DNA of 64,000 nucleotides from Euryarchaeota archaeon UBA88 (GTDB taxonomy: Archaea > Thermoplasmatota > Poseidoniia > Poseidoniales > Poseidoniaceae): contig DAME01000002.1 in assembly GCA_002499545.1 (NCBI GenBank), positions 5,029 through 69,028 of the forward strand. Direction: 5' to 3'. This document shows positions 27,758 through 37,741 of the stretch, in pieces. Made by a program: the position numbers and the translations under genes. Position 1 is the first letter of the stretch, and each line of letters starts with the position of its first letter. The notes under the pieces are model-generated. The model was given only the letters and a program-made list of their open reading frames with translations. It did not search any database and was not told the origin of the DNA.

Positions 27758-29497
27758 TCAGTTATCCTCCACCGTATCGGCGATTTCGTCGGTCATCTTC
27801 TTGACCATGTCAGCAATGACATCAATGTATCCTTTCTCGAATCGACCTCGCATGAGGTCAGAACGAGCCGGTACGTTGACGACATCGTTGAGAACAGCAC
27901 CACTCGCCATAGCAGACTTTGCTGCATCTTGGAACGAAAGGATGGCCTTGGCCATTTGGTACTGAAGGTGAATATCACAGTATGCGTCAACATCGTGGAA
28001 ACCGTTCTGTTGCAGGAAGAATTCACGAATCATTCGAGCGACTTCAAGGGTCAACTGTTGATCTGTTGGTAGAGCATCGGACCCGACCAATTGGACAATT
28101 TCTTGCAGTTCAGACTCAATCTGAAGCAAACCACTGATTTGAGTACGGACTTCAGGGAAGTCTTGTGAAATGTTATCACGGAACCACTGGTCGAGGCTTT
28201 GCGGGTACAATGAGTACGAATTGAGCCAGTTAATTGCGGGGAAGTGCCGTTGTCGAGCAAGTCCTGCATCGAGCCCCCAGAACACCTTAACGATACGAAG
28301 TGTACCTTGGGAGACCGGTTCAGAAATATCTCCACCGGGTGGAGATACAGCACCAATAACGGTGACAGACCCGTCGTCGCCGTTGAGGGTTTCAACACGG
28401 CCAGCACGTTCGTAGAATTCTGCAATACGAGATGAGAGGTAAGCTGGATATCCTTCTTCACCAGGCATTTCTTCAAGACGAGAGGAAATCTCACGCATTG
28501 CTTCAGCCCAACGAGAAGTCGAATCAGCCATCAAAGCGACGTCGTAGCCCATGTCACGGAAGTATTCTGCAATTGTAATTCCGGTGTACACCGATGCCTC
28601 ACGAGCAGCAACAGGCATGTTTGATGTGTTGGCAATCATGACCGTTCGCTCCATGAGAGGCTTTCCAGTGTTCGGATCAATCAAGTGAGGGAACTCGTCC
28701 AACACTTCAGTCATCTCGTTTCCACGCTCACCACAGCCAATGTACACAACGAGTTGTGCATCAGAGTACTTGGCAAGAGATTGCTGGGTGACGGTTTTTC
28801 CTGAACCGAATGGTCCTGGAATTCCTGCTGCTCCACCTTTTGCAAGCGGGAACAAGAAATCCAGAATTCGCATACCGGTGATGAGAGGGGTTTCGGGTGC
28901 GTACTTCTGCTGGAAAGGCCGGGGCGTTCGAACGGGCCACTTCTGCATCATTTGCATTTCAGTTCCGTCTTCGAGAACGCACACTGTCTGAGTCACGTTG
29001 AAATCTCCAGACTCAATCGATTTCACAACTCCGCTGGTGGTTGGAGGAACCATGATTTTGTGAACGATTGTTTCTGTTTCTTGTACGTGTCCAATGACTT
29101 GGCCAGCAACCACTTCATCGCCAACGGCGACTTGAGGTTCAAAGGTCCAGATCTTTTCCAGATCGAAAGCATCAGCATCGACACCTCGGGTGATGAAAAC
29201 ACCCATTTCTTCTTCCAAGGTTGGAAGAGGACGCTGGATACCGTCATAAATTTGAGTCAAGAGACCCGGACCGAGTGAAACAGAGAGGGTTTCTTGCGTG
29301 TTCAAAACGGGTTCACCGGGTCGAATACCGGAGGTGTCTTCGTACACTTGAATGACAGCTTTATCGCCGTGCAGTTCAATCACTTCGCCCATCAGTCCTT
29401 CGTGTCCAACACGAACGACGTCGTACATTGCAGCTTTCATGCCAGTTGCGGTGACAACAGGCCCGGATATCCGGTAAATTACTCCTTCATTGCTCAT
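27758..29497 (-). CDS. atpA: A-type ATP synthase catalytic subunit A
   Basis: [12 protein letters not shown]-terminus, P-loop GPFGSGKT, and [22 protein letters not shown] precedes ATG 29497. No intein. Confidence 0.95.
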   Translation of the reverse strand: MSNEGVIYRISGPVVTATGMKAAMYDVVRVGHEGLMGEVIELHGDKAVIQVYEDTSGIRPGEPVLNTQETLSVSLGPGLLTQIYDGIQRPLPTLEEEMGVFITRGVDADAFDLEKIWTFEPQVAVGDEVVAGQVIGHVQETETIVHKIMVPPTTSGVVKSIESGDFNVTQTVCVLEDGTEMQMMQKWPVRTPRPFQQKYAPETPLITGMRILDFLFPLAKGGAAGIPGPFGSGKTVTQQSLAKYSDAQLVVYIGCGERGNEMTEVLDEFPHLIDPNTGKPLMERTVMIANTSNMPVAAREASVYTGITIAEYFRDMGYDVALMADSTSRWAEAMREISSRLEEMPGEEGYPAYLSSRIAEFYERAGRVETLNGDDGSVTVIGAVSPPGGDISEPVSQGTLRIVKVFWGLDAGLARQRHFPAINWLNSYSLYPQSLDQWFRDNISQDFPEVRTQISGLLQIESELQEIVQLVGSDALPTDQQLTLEVARMIREFFLQQNGFHDVDAYCDIHLQYQMAKAILSFQDAAKSAMASGAVLNDVVNVPARSDLMRGRFEKGYIDVIADMVKKMTDEIADTVEDN

Positions 29498-29525
29498 TTT
29501 TATTTCCTCCATGTGGGTTGGATCA

Positions 29526-29825
29526 TTACTTCCAAAGGTCGACTCCAATTGCCTTACGAATCGTATCTCGCAAGGTTGTGTCTTCTTCCGTACCAATTCC
29601 TAGAACGGTCGGAGAGACGGATGCCGAGAGTTGGTCGCGAAGACGCTCCGGCAGCGTAGATAGGATTGTGGAGTCAACCACGACAATCCCTACGCTCTTA
29701 GTGTTGAGTAGTTTCTTGAAAGTTGAGATCATAGCCTCGTCGCTTTCAGGGCTGTGCAGGTTATCGATTCCTGCAAGTTGGAATCCGAGGGTGAATTCTG
29801 GCGAGCCTACAACTGCTATATCCAT
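29526..29825 (-). CDS. atpF: A-type ATP synthase subunit F
   Basis: [20 protein letters not shown]; size and operon position fit. Confidence 0.85.
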   Translation of the reverse strand: MDIAVVGSPEFTLGFQLAGIDNLHSPESDEAMISTFKKLLNTKSVGIVVVDSTILSTLPERLRDQLSASVSPTVLGIGTEEDTTLRDTIRKAIGVDLWK

Positions 29826-29836
29826 ACTTCATCACC

Positions 29837-30877
29837 TCACAATACGTGTGCTTCAAGCACTTCGGTCGACAATCCAGCAAGGCGCCCACGAACGATTAGA
29901 CGCAAATCATTCACTTCTTGGACCTTCATGGCCACGTAATGAATAATCGGTAGTGCTGATACTGGATGGAGGAAACTCATGCGCTTCATGATAGCATGCT
30001 CACGTTCTTTGAGCCAAACGACAACGGCGTCGAGGCTTTTCTCTGCCTTCGAGGCAGCAAGAACTGCTTCGAAGGCGGGGAAGTCAAATCGGCTTGAAGC
30101 TCGAAGTAAGTCCATAGCGGCATCAACGCCACCTGCTGCAATCGAAGAGAATGCTCGAGACGGAATCAGTCGTCCGCCGTGAATGAGCATCGATACAACT
30201 ACATCTGGTGCAAAACCGACTGCATCCGCTTCGATGATGTTAATCAAATTGCGGTGGTCGATTTCAGCAGCAAGCAAATTTTTCAGGAATCGAACATCGG
30301 GGCCCTTACCATTCAATGAAGCCAAAGCTCGCTTGAAGTAGTGTCGGTCCAAGGCATCCTCGTAATCCGAAAGAACTGCATCTTCGGCAACTGCCAACAG
30401 AGCGGAACCAAACACTTTGCGACGCATCTGTACAACCGCTGAGCGGATGTCATCTGCGTTCTCGATGATTTTTAGCCAAGGAGTGTTGATGTCGTTGAGT
30501 TCAGGGAGAATGGAATTCGCTATCTTTTCGATCTCGACATCCTTGTCGACTGCCCGGAGAACAACCTTCGCGTTATGATAATCAAAGCGAGAGGTGTATG
30601 TCTCAACCATGCCGCGGATTTTCCCGTTGCACATTGAGAGCATGTTTTCCAGTTCGTGTTCCAAGTTGTGAGTGAGGGCTGCCTCAACCAAATCTCCACC
30701 CGATAGTTTGCCTGCATACAGGTCTATCTCAGAGCGGTACCCGATTTCACCAACCGCAACGGTGAGCTGGTCGGGTGATTGGTTGATCAACTGGCGTAGC
30801 CTGGCACGGTCCGCAAGTTTCTGCCGTCGCGACTTTGCGCGGGCAGCAACATATGGTGTATTTCCAAGCATTACCAT
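29837..30877 (-). CDS. atpC: A-type ATP synthase subunit C
   Basis: About 346 aa, helical, positioned between E and F. The N-terminus YVAARAKSRRQKL is typical of subunit C (d). Confidence 0.85.
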   Translation of the reverse strand: MVMLGNTPYVAARAKSRRQKLADRARLRQLINQSPDQLTVAVGEIGYRSEIDLYAGKLSGGDLVEAALTHNLEHELENMLSMCNGKIRGMVETYTSRFDYHNAKVVLRAVDKDVEIEKIANSILPELNDINTPWLKIIENADDIRSAVVQMRRKVFGSALLAVAEDAVLSDYEDALDRHYFKRALASLNGKGPDVRFLKNLLAAEIDHRNLINIIEADAVGFAPDVVVSMLIHGGRLIPSRAFSSIAAGGVDAAMDLLRASSRFDFPAFEAVLAASKAEKSLDAVVVWLKEREHAIMKRMSFLHPVSALPIIHYVAMKVQEVNDLRLIVRGRLAGLSTEVLEAHVL

Positions 30878-30886
30878 CGATATCCC

Positions 30887-31450
30887 TCAGTCAAAAAGTA
30901 TTGAATTCATTTCAGCGAGTTGTTCACTCCACGACGTGTGAAGTAACGTATCGAAACGCATGTCGTAAGAGACCGAGCCATCCGGTGCTTCGAGAACAAA
31001 GCCACCCAGACCGTCAATGGATTCTCCGACCTTTCGCTTGCCGGCCAGTTCTGAAAGTGCCTTGCGGTCAAGTTCAACTGGACGGACAGTGTAGTCATCG
31101 CCACCAATTTTGTCCGCTTTGCTCATCAATGACTTGAGCAGACTTGCTCTTCCTGAAAATTTAGGATTTCCGAGTTCATCGCTGGCAGCCTGAAGAGTCT
31201 CATCGAGAACCTTGCGACGTGCAACGAGGATTTCTTTTTGGTTGGCTTGTCGAGCACTGGCCACAACTTCCCGGGCAATTTGACTTGCTTCACGTTCAGT
31301 GCGGCTCGATGCTTCGGTGCGGATGGCATCTGCTTTGGAGTTCGCTTCGGCCAAAATAGCCTTTGCTTCTTCATTTGCAGCATCCATCATTGCGGAGGCT
31401 TCAGCCTCAGCAGATTTAGCGATATCTTGTGCGAGTGTTTCGAGCGTCAT
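30887..31450 (-). CDS. atpE: A-type ATP synthase subunit E
   Basis: Ala/Glu/Lys-rich N-terminal helix plus a globular C-terminus; operon position fits. Confidence 0.8.
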   Translation of the reverse strand: MTLETLAQDIAKSAEAEASAMMDAANEEAKAILAEANSKADAIRTEASSRTEREASQIAREVVASARQANQKEILVARRKVLDETLQAASDELGNPKFSGRASLLKSLMSKADKIGGDDYTVRPVELDRKALSELAGKRKVGESIDGLGGFVLEAPDGSVSYDMRFDTLLHTSWSEQLAEMNSILFD

Positions 31451-31511
31451 GTATATTCCTCTGTCTATTTAGTTCAGTCAACTGGGTTTCCCCAGGGTGT
31501 AGCCTTCTCCC

Positions 31512-31814
31512 TCAAAGGAAGAGTGGCAGTGCACCGAGAATGACGATTGATTCAGGAAGAGCAGTGAAAATCAATGCTGGTCCGAATTTGCTACCGTCTT
31601 CTGCGAGCATACCGACAGCGGCGCTACCGATTGCGGCTTGGGACATTCCAGCACCAATTGCTGCAAGACCAAGTGCGACACCGGCACCAATGTCTGAGTA
31701 ACCGTCACCGGTGCTCTTTGTTTCTTCTGCTGCTGCAACTCCTTGAGCAACCATAGTGATGGCTGCCAAGAGGATCAGTGTTCTTAGGCTCGTTTTTAGG
31801 GTGTTTGCGTTCAT
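31512..31814 (-). CDS. atpK: A-type ATP synthase proteolipid subunit K (c), with an N-terminal hydrophobic extension
   Basis: Gly/Ala-rich hairpin IGAGVALGLAAIGAGMSQAAIGSAAVG ... ALPESIVILG with the carboxylate Glu. An extra N-terminal segment LRTLILLAAITMVAQGVAAA is present. Confidence 0.85.
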   Translation of the reverse strand: MNANTLKTSLRTLILLAAITMVAQGVAAAEETKSTGDGYSDIGAGVALGLAAIGAGMSQAAIGSAAVGMLAEDGSKFGPALIFTALPESIVILGALPLFL

Positions 31815-31848
31815 ATTTGCTACCTCCGTTTATTTTATGTCCGTTGGA

Positions 31849-34254
31849 CTATGATTGACTCTCCACGTGGAGAGAACGGCCTCCGAGCGGTGCAAATGCA
31901 CGGCCAGATCCGTCGTAGAATTTGCCCATCCATTCCACAAAGTGGAGACGGGCTGCGTGAATCGTAGGTGAGAGAATTCCGAGTGCCAAGGCGAAGACCT
32001 GGACGAAGAGGAAAATTCCGAGACACAGTAGAGCGGTAAGCCAACCGCCAAAACCACCGGTTTCAATACCAGCGAGAATATTTTCCCACCCAAGAATGAT
32101 GGAGACTTCTGCAATTTTGACTCCAGCGACACCAACTGCCATGATTCGCAGGTAGGAGAGTGTGTTAGCAAGGAGCCCGAAGGTTTCGATTGGTCCCATG
32201 ATGATTCCACCTGCCCAGCCAAATCCTTCATAGATGGCAAGGCCGACAATCAAGCAGCCAATTCCGCCGAGAAGAAGGAAGTTCCAAAGCGGCTGGAATT
32301 GGAAGAGGTCAGTCCCGAACATGACAAAGTTTCGGCAAATCATGAAACCTCCGACCAGAATCATCAACCAAGAGCCTTTCTCGAAGAAAGCGGCAGAGAA
32401 TCCATGCGCCTTGTTGACGTTGAAAAATCCGATAAGGAGACCGACCAAGATGTGGAATACACCGAGATAGACTGCGAGAGAGACATATTGTTCAAGTCCG
32501 TGTCCAGCGCTTGCACGGTGGAATGGCATCATGATGAATGGATGGTCAGCATCGCCAAGACCGAGGAATACAGCAATATTTTCTGGTAGAACAAAGGTGT
32601 CATGCGCCCATTCGTAAAATCCAGTCAGGATTGCGATATCTGGACCCCAGTGGTACCCGTCCTTGAGAACGCCAGCTGCGTCATACATGCTTCCGTCCCA
32701 AACAAAACCAAACCCTTCAGCGAAGATAATGCCCCAAATAATGCACCACACACCCATCCAGCGTAGAACTGTGAGGCCTTTTCCAGCAAGTGGGTCTGCA
32801 GCGAACGGCTTTGAGCCGAGCCAAGCAGACAAAGCTACCAAGACGAGACCATAGCCCCAATCGCCAAGAATCATCCCGTAAATGAACGGGAATGTCATCA
32901 TGATGAGCATCGACGGTTCAAACGTCCCATACTTTGGACGACCGACTAAATCGACGAGTAGTTCAAACGGCTGAGTCGCCTTATTGTTGTTGAATTCGAT
33001 AGGTGGATCGACGTGCACAGGCTCTTCATGGTGGACCGGCATATTGCGGATACGGGTGAGCGCAATATCGAGTTCGGGCAGGTTGAGCTTTCCATCTCCA
33101 TCCATGTCCATCGAAGCAACTAGCGGACCAATGTTCCACGGAGGAAGGTCGGCAATGCTGGAATTTTTCAGCGCCTTGCTGAATTCGTAACTGTCGATAT
33201 CGCCTGAGCGGTCCAAGTCGATTGAACCGAAGAATTCGAAAATCGACTGATTTGAACGAACAAGATAGTCAGAGAGCATTTGCAATTCTTTCGCCACTTC
33301 AACTCCAGGCTCTTCGTGTGAATCATGGTGGTGGCCGTGGTCGTCAACATAAGGCTCGATACTTACGTGGGATGCTGCCTTCGACAGTCGGTCGATGACA
33401 CGTTGCTTGTGTTCGCTTGGAACCCATCCATCGAGTGCAAACGCTTGATTGCTCACAGCGACGAGAGTTGGAGCGGTAAAAATTGCCGATTCCCGCACGA
33501 GGTGCTCCTCAACTGCGATGAGTTTTCGACCGTGCGCTTCAACCCACGCTTCGAGTGATGACTGAGCGGTTTCAATCGCTGATTCCAAACCGCTAATCTC
33601 TTCAAGAATTGCTTTTGCTTTCTCTGATGGAGAGCCTTCTCCTGTAGGTATTTGAACGGCTTTAGCACCAAGTTCCGCCATGCCGATTTGAACCTCAGCC
33701 GATTGATTTGAACGGCAAGCAACGGCGACTAGGCCGCTGGTTGAGTGAAGTTCGATGTCGCTCTTGATGTCAGCGAAAACAGTGGGCGCTCGAGAGGCCC
33801 GACTGGTCTCACCCACGTATACCTCGACACCTTCAAAACCGCCCATCAATTCAAGCGGTATATCCAATGGAGCCAAGCGACTAAGAGCCTGATGTTGTTC
33901 ATTCAAAGTGTTAATCATCGCCTCGGATTCCCGTAGTGTTGTGATGTATCCAAGAGCGGTTTCAACCTCTGATTCAAACTTTGGAAGAAGTTTGGAGATT
34001 TCGCTGCGAGACATTGGGCCATCTGAGTTAAACGCAGAAACGGATGATGAAATCGCTTGGACTTTTACCAACATGGCGCTGACCGAGTTAGCAGCCTCTG
34101 AATCCATTGACTTACCGACGCCAATTCCGTCTTCGAATCGACCATATTCCTGAATGTGAACGCAACTGAGCTCGGTGCAGATGCGGAGAATTTCTTCCAT
34201 TTTCTCAACGGGAGCCGCTACTGTAAGACGTGACATCTCAGAAGTAGCAAACAT
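31849..34254 (-). CDS. atpI: A-type ATP synthase subunit I (a), carrying an inserted His-rich/EF-hand module
   Basis: A cytoplasmic N-terminal domain and a multi-TM C-terminal domain with the conserved LSYLRIMAVG region. An insert of about 110 aa includes HGHHHDSHEE, DLDRSGDIDSYE and DMDGDGKLNLPE. Confidence 0.9.
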   Translation of the reverse strand: MFATSEMSRLTVAAPVEKMEEILRICTELSCVHIQEYGRFEDGIGVGKSMDSEAANSVSAMLVKVQAISSSVSAFNSDGPMSRSEISKLLPKFESEVETALGYITTLRESEAMINTLNEQHQALSRLAPLDIPLELMGGFEGVEVYVGETSRASRAPTVFADIKSDIELHSTSGLVAVACRSNQSAEVQIGMAELGAKAVQIPTGEGSPSEKAKAILEEISGLESAIETAQSSLEAWVEAHGRKLIAVEEHLVRESAIFTAPTLVAVSNQAFALDGWVPSEHKQRVIDRLSKAASHVSIEPYVDDHGHHHDSHEEPGVEVAKELQMLSDYLVRSNQSIFEFFGSIDLDRSGDIDSYEFSKALKNSSIADLPPWNIGPLVASMDMDGDGKLNLPELDIALTRIRNMPVHHEEPVHVDPPIEFNNNKATQPFELLVDLVGRPKYGTFEPSMLIMMTFPFIYGMILGDWGYGLVLVALSAWLGSKPFAADPLAGKGLTVLRWMGVWCIIWGIIFAEGFGFVWDGSMYDAAGVLKDGYHWGPDIAILTGFYEWAHDTFVLPENIAVFLGLGDADHPFIMMPFHRASAGHGLEQYVSLAVYLGVFHILVGLLIGFFNVNKAHGFSAAFFEKGSWLMILVGGFMICRNFVMFGTDLFQFQPLWNFLLLGGIGCLIVGLAIYEGFGWAGGIIMGPIETFGLLANTLSYLRIMAVGVAGVKIAEVSIILGWENILAGIETGGFGGWLTALLCLGIFLFVQVFALALGILSPTIHAARLHFVEWMGKFYDGSGRAFAPLGGRSLHVESQS

Positions 34255-34263
34255 GGAATCGCC

Positions 34264-34575
34264 TCATTGTGATTTGACTGCCCCAAGGAGCGCCTTGACT
34301 GCTTTGTCCTTGCGTTCTGAAGCAGAAGATTCGATTGCTTGAATTGTAGCAGCGCCTTCTTCTTGTACAGCACTGGCCTCTTTACCGGCCTTAGCACGTG
34401 CAGCATCGATCGCTGCTTGGGTTTGAGTGAAAGATTCTTCCGAGGCTGCGGTAACCAACGAGGTGGCTTCTCGGCGTGCGTCAGCAGTAATCTTTCCGGA
34501 TTCTGTTTGAGCACTTGCGAGTGTTTTTTCGGCAGACTGCTCAGCCTCTTTGATTTTGCGAAGAACATCAGCCAT
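34264..34575 (-). CDS. atpH: A-type ATP synthase subunit H
   Basis: A small Ala/Glu/Lys-rich helical protein (MADVLRKIKEAEQSAEK) at the head of the operon. ATG 34575; the ORF opens at GTG 34590. Confidence 0.75.
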   Translation of the reverse strand: MADVLRKIKEAEQSAEKTLASAQTESGKITADARREATSLVTAASEESFTQTQAAIDAARAKAGKEASAVQEEGAATIQAIESSASERKDKAVKALLGAVKSQ

Positions 34576-34664
34576 ACCCACATAAATCACCTGTAGCCTA
34601 ACTGACTTGGAGGGGGTTTATGAGGCTAATGGGCGCGACATCTGCGCCACTGGAACACAGTACC

Positions 34665-35492
34665 TCAGTCCCGGAGTGGTTTTGTCGCTCGGAACCGACT
34701 GGCCATAGCAAACGGCATCAACAGTCGACCTTGAACATCATCAAAACCAACTTCCTTCATCATGGCGCGATAATAGCCGTTGGTCCCGTACTGCGTGTAT
34801 GTTTGAGCGAGTCCTTTCCACGGATGGTTCTTTTCCTTGGTCACATATCGGGCGATCCATTGAACGACCGTTGCCATCCAAATTCGGCCACCTAGTCCGT
34901 GAAACCAGTTGGCTTTTCCTGCGTCGCAAATCACGAGACGACCGCCCGGCTTAAGAACTCGAAATATCTCACTCAAGCCTTTCTTTTTATCTTGGAAATC
35001 TCTGAATGAAAACAAGCAAAAAACCATGTCGAAGGTGTCGTCTTCCAAAGGGATTGATTCTGCAATCGCTTCGACATACTGAGCGGGTTTTTCTCCCCGA
35101 GATGCTCGAGCCGAATCGACACGTTTTTTGGCAACTTTCAGCATTTCAGCCGAAGGATCTAAACACGTAACGTCCAAATCAACAAGGTCTTCAGCAAATG
35201 AACCCGGTCCGCAACCGACTTCGAGGACCTTCATGCCTGGTGATGCATGGTTCCGGACATTTTTACGCCACACCTTGTCTTGACCAAAAGTCATGAGACG
35301 ATTGACACGGTCGTAATTTGGAATCGAATCTTCGAGTTGCGATTCAAGAATCTCCCAAGCATCAAGGTCGATTCCTGAGGGGTCGTATCCCCCGGTTGCA
35401 GCTCTTCCGCCCATGGCCTTTCGGCTCCCCCGACCTCTTTGGATATGTCGCTTCCAAAAGTACGGCTGAACGCTCGGCCTGGACCTCGCCAT
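34665..35492 (-). CDS. ubiE: UbiE/MenG-family SAM-dependent (demethylmenaquinone-type) methyltransferase
   Basis: YDRVNRLMTFGQDKVWRK and the SAM motif VLEVGCGPGSF. Its ATG shares one nt with the stop of the upstream KaiC-like gene (TGATG). Confidence 0.75.
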   Translation of the reverse strand: MARSRPSVQPYFWKRHIQRGRGSRKAMGGRAATGGYDPSGIDLDAWEILESQLEDSIPNYDRVNRLMTFGQDKVWRKNVRNHASPGMKVLEVGCGPGSFAEDLVDLDVTCLDPSAEMLKVAKKRVDSARASRGEKPAQYVEAIAESIPLEDDTFDMVFCLFSFRDFQDKKKGLSEIFRVLKPGGRLVICDAGKANWFHGLGGRIWMATVVQWIARYVTKEKNHPWKGLAQTYTQYGTNGYYRAMMKEVGFDDVQGRLLMPFAMASRFRATKPLRD

Positions 35493-36295
35493 CAAGCGAT
35501 ACGTTCGACGGTTTCTGGCGTAATACCTTCTTCTGGTGTCACTCTGAATACGAGAATTTTCAAATTTTCTGGAGCGTTGCGGAATTTGGAGACGATCATC
35601 GAGGTTTCAAAATCGGTACCGATGGTTCGTACTTGAAACGACAGAACCATGTCGGCGATTGAGGACAATTCTTGCTTTACTGAGGGGTCTAAACCGTTGG
35701 TGGACACTGAAATCAGCAAAAGACCACGGTTCAACTGAGCGTGTGCTGCAAGCATCCGGACCATCGCCACTACCCGAGCGGGATCTTCTCGCTGAAGGAA
35801 GAAGTCGAGACTGTCGACCACGGCTCGGAAATACGGGCCAAGTGCCATGATTTCGTTGGTAACTTCCGTCAAGTAGTCCTGATTGTTGTCATCGACGAAC
35901 CGTGTTTGAGCAAGTCGTTGGATATCATCGAGTTGGAAACCTTCCAAACGGTAACGGCTCGCTAAAAGTTCACGTTCGAGAACCGTCGAGTTGTATTCTT
36001 CCCCGATGGTACGAACATTGATATCGAGCGGCCAGTCATACTTTTGAAAAATTCGAACGATTTCTTGCTGCCCTTCATTTGTCGAGATATACAGCGTGTT
36101 TTCTGATTCCTCGGCAGGAGAAGAAAACTGCTTCGCAAACAACTCACTCCCCGACCCAGTATCGGTGAAAGCGACCATCGTGAATCCTCGAGGCACGCCC
36201 CCGTGCATCTCATTGTCGAATTTCGGAACACCAAAGGAGCCTACTTTACCGAAGAACTCCTCATCTTCTGCATCAAATTCTATTTTACGGGCCAT
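35492..36295 (-). CDS. KaiC/RecA-superfamily protein with a degenerate P-loop
   Basis: KaiC-like lead-in GVPKFDNEMHGGVPRGFTMVAF, but TDTGSGSE replaces GxxGxGKT. A Walker-B-like AVVDSLD is retained. Confidence 0.6.
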   Translation of the reverse strand: MARKIEFDAEDEEFFGKVGSFGVPKFDNEMHGGVPRGFTMVAFTDTGSGSELFAKQFSSPAEESENTLYISTNEGQQEIVRIFQKYDWPLDINVRTIGEEYNSTVLERELLASRYRLEGFQLDDIQRLAQTRFVDDNNQDYLTEVTNEIMALGPYFRAVVDSLDFFLQREDPARVVAMVRMLAAHAQLNRGLLLISVSTNGLDPSVKQELSSIADMVLSFQVRTIGTDFETSMIVSKFRNAPENLKILVFRVTPEEGITPETVERIA

Positions 36296-36304
36296 GAAAC
36301 TACC

Positions 36305-36901
36305 TCAGTGAATCACCACTTGGCCACGATCGATGAGATCGGTGCAATACAAGTCAAGATTGGAAAGTACCAGTGGTGGAGTTTGGTCAGGGACATTGAG
36401 AATCACTGACAGAACTTCACGTTGACGGAAGGTGTTGATGAAGGTGTGAAGGTATTCAGCAAGCATCCTATCTTCATTGTAAATAGCCAGAGCGTTGACA
36501 CTGTCAAGGAATACAAAGTTCCGCTGAGAATTGATGGTTCGCAGGATGTAAAGAGTCCGCAAAAGGACGGATTCGAGCATGATTGGGCTGTCGACAAAGT
36601 GAATGTTTGGATATTCTACGTCGGTACCGCCCAAAATTCCTGACGACACCAAATCGATGAACTGGATGTGAGAAACATCAAGCCCGATGGTCTTGAACGC
36701 TTCAATGATTTCAACAGCACCTCGACTGGCGCTAATGTATACGCCACCCATCTCGAACATCTGCATCAAGGGAACCATGGTGCTGGCGGTGACCATGAAT
36801 GCGTTGGAATTACCGCATCGGACTTGGATGGCACTGTTGAGCGTGACTTCTGCATTCAGCTGTTCTGCAATTCGCTGGTCAAGTTCAAACATTTCATACA
36901 C
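36305..36901 (-). CDS. Short RecA-fold-like protein without a P-loop (degenerate KaiC paralog)
   Basis: There is no Walker A. A Walker-B-like strand NFVFLDSVNALA is present, and the size and position fit between two KaiC-like genes. Start at GTG 36901 or ATG 36892. Confidence 0.45.
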   Translation of the reverse strand: MYEMFELDQRIAEQLNAEVTLNSAIQVRCGNSNAFMVTASTMVPLMQMFEMGGVYISASRGAVEIIEAFKTIGLDVSHIQFIDLVSSGILGGTDVEYPNIHFVDSPIMLESVLLRTLYILRTINSQRNFVFLDSVNALAIYNEDRMLAEYLHTFINTFRQREVLSVILNVPDQTPPLVLSNLDLYCTDLIDRGQVVIH

Positions 36902-37676
36902 CTACCCTGTTGGCTTTGTCGGTTTGTGCACCCCATTTGAGCATCGGAGTGAGCATGACACCCAATGGTGTCAGTTCGATTGCATGCTTGGCTCGGCTGT
37001 GGGCAGTACCACGCATTTTCACAACCTGTAAGAATCTCAACAAATGCCCCATTCGCTCGACGTCTCCCATGACAATGATGCCATCTGCAATCGCTTCTTC
37101 AACTCCGAACGAAGACCAGTGGGCGTTTTCCGTAGCCGAAGTGATTTCTGAAATTAGAATGGTCGTACATCCGAGAGTTGCGAGTTTCTTTCCAAGCGTG
37201 AACAGGAAGTCACGAATCAACTGTTCCGACTTAATTTTGTAACACAGCGTTGTCACTGAATCAATCACAAGGCGAGTCACACCGATGGTGTTGACAATAT
37301 CGACGATCGCTTTGATGAGCGCATGGACGTCATCTAAGTCGAAGGATGCTTTATCCAATCCCAGCCACGAATACAGAACGTCCATGTCAAACACGTTGAT
37401 GAGACCGGAATCGACCATGTTCATGTCAAAGAATGCATATTGGCGTATGTTTTCCAGCAGTTTAACCGAGGGTTCAGTTGCAGTAAAATGGGCACATGCT
37501 TCACCTGCAAGTGCACCCCGTACGAGAAATTCCATTCCCAGTGTCGTCTTTCCAGAACCACACGTTCCTGCGGCCAAAACAGTTGAGCCGTACGGTATAC
37601 CGCCACGAAGGATTTCATCCAATCCGTGGATACCCGTTACGCAACGGTCACGGGTATAAACTGAGCCTGCTTGCAT
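36894..37676 (-). CDS. KaiC-like RecA-superfamily ATPase (intact)
   Basis: TGIHGLDEILRGGIPYGSTVLAAGTCGSGKTTLGMEFL (Walker A), Walker B RLVIDSVT, and C-terminal LQVVKMRGTAHS. ATG 37676; the ORF opens at TTG 37694. Confidence 0.8.
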   Translation of the reverse strand: MQAGSVYTRDRCVTGIHGLDEILRGGIPYGSTVLAAGTCGSGKTTLGMEFLVRGALAGEACAHFTATEPSVKLLENIRQYAFFDMNMVDSGLINVFDMDVLYSWLGLDKASFDLDDVHALIKAIVDIVNTIGVTRLVIDSVTTLCYKIKSEQLIRDFLFTLGKKLATLGCTTILISEITSATENAHWSSFGVEEAIADGIIVMGDVERMGHLLRFLQVVKMRGTAHSRAKHAIELTPLGVMLTPMLKWGAQTDKANRVGV

Positions 37677-37741
37677 GGGGAACAACCCGACCAACGGCTA
37701 TAGGTTCATGAAGCATCCGCTAAAAGGGTACAGAAAATCAC

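Noticed and set aside
34631-34650. Small hairpin GGCGC-N7-GCGCC between ubiE and atpH as an intrinsic terminator
   Set aside because: The stem is only 5 bp and no oligo-T tract follows on the transcribed strand. The evidence is insufficient.
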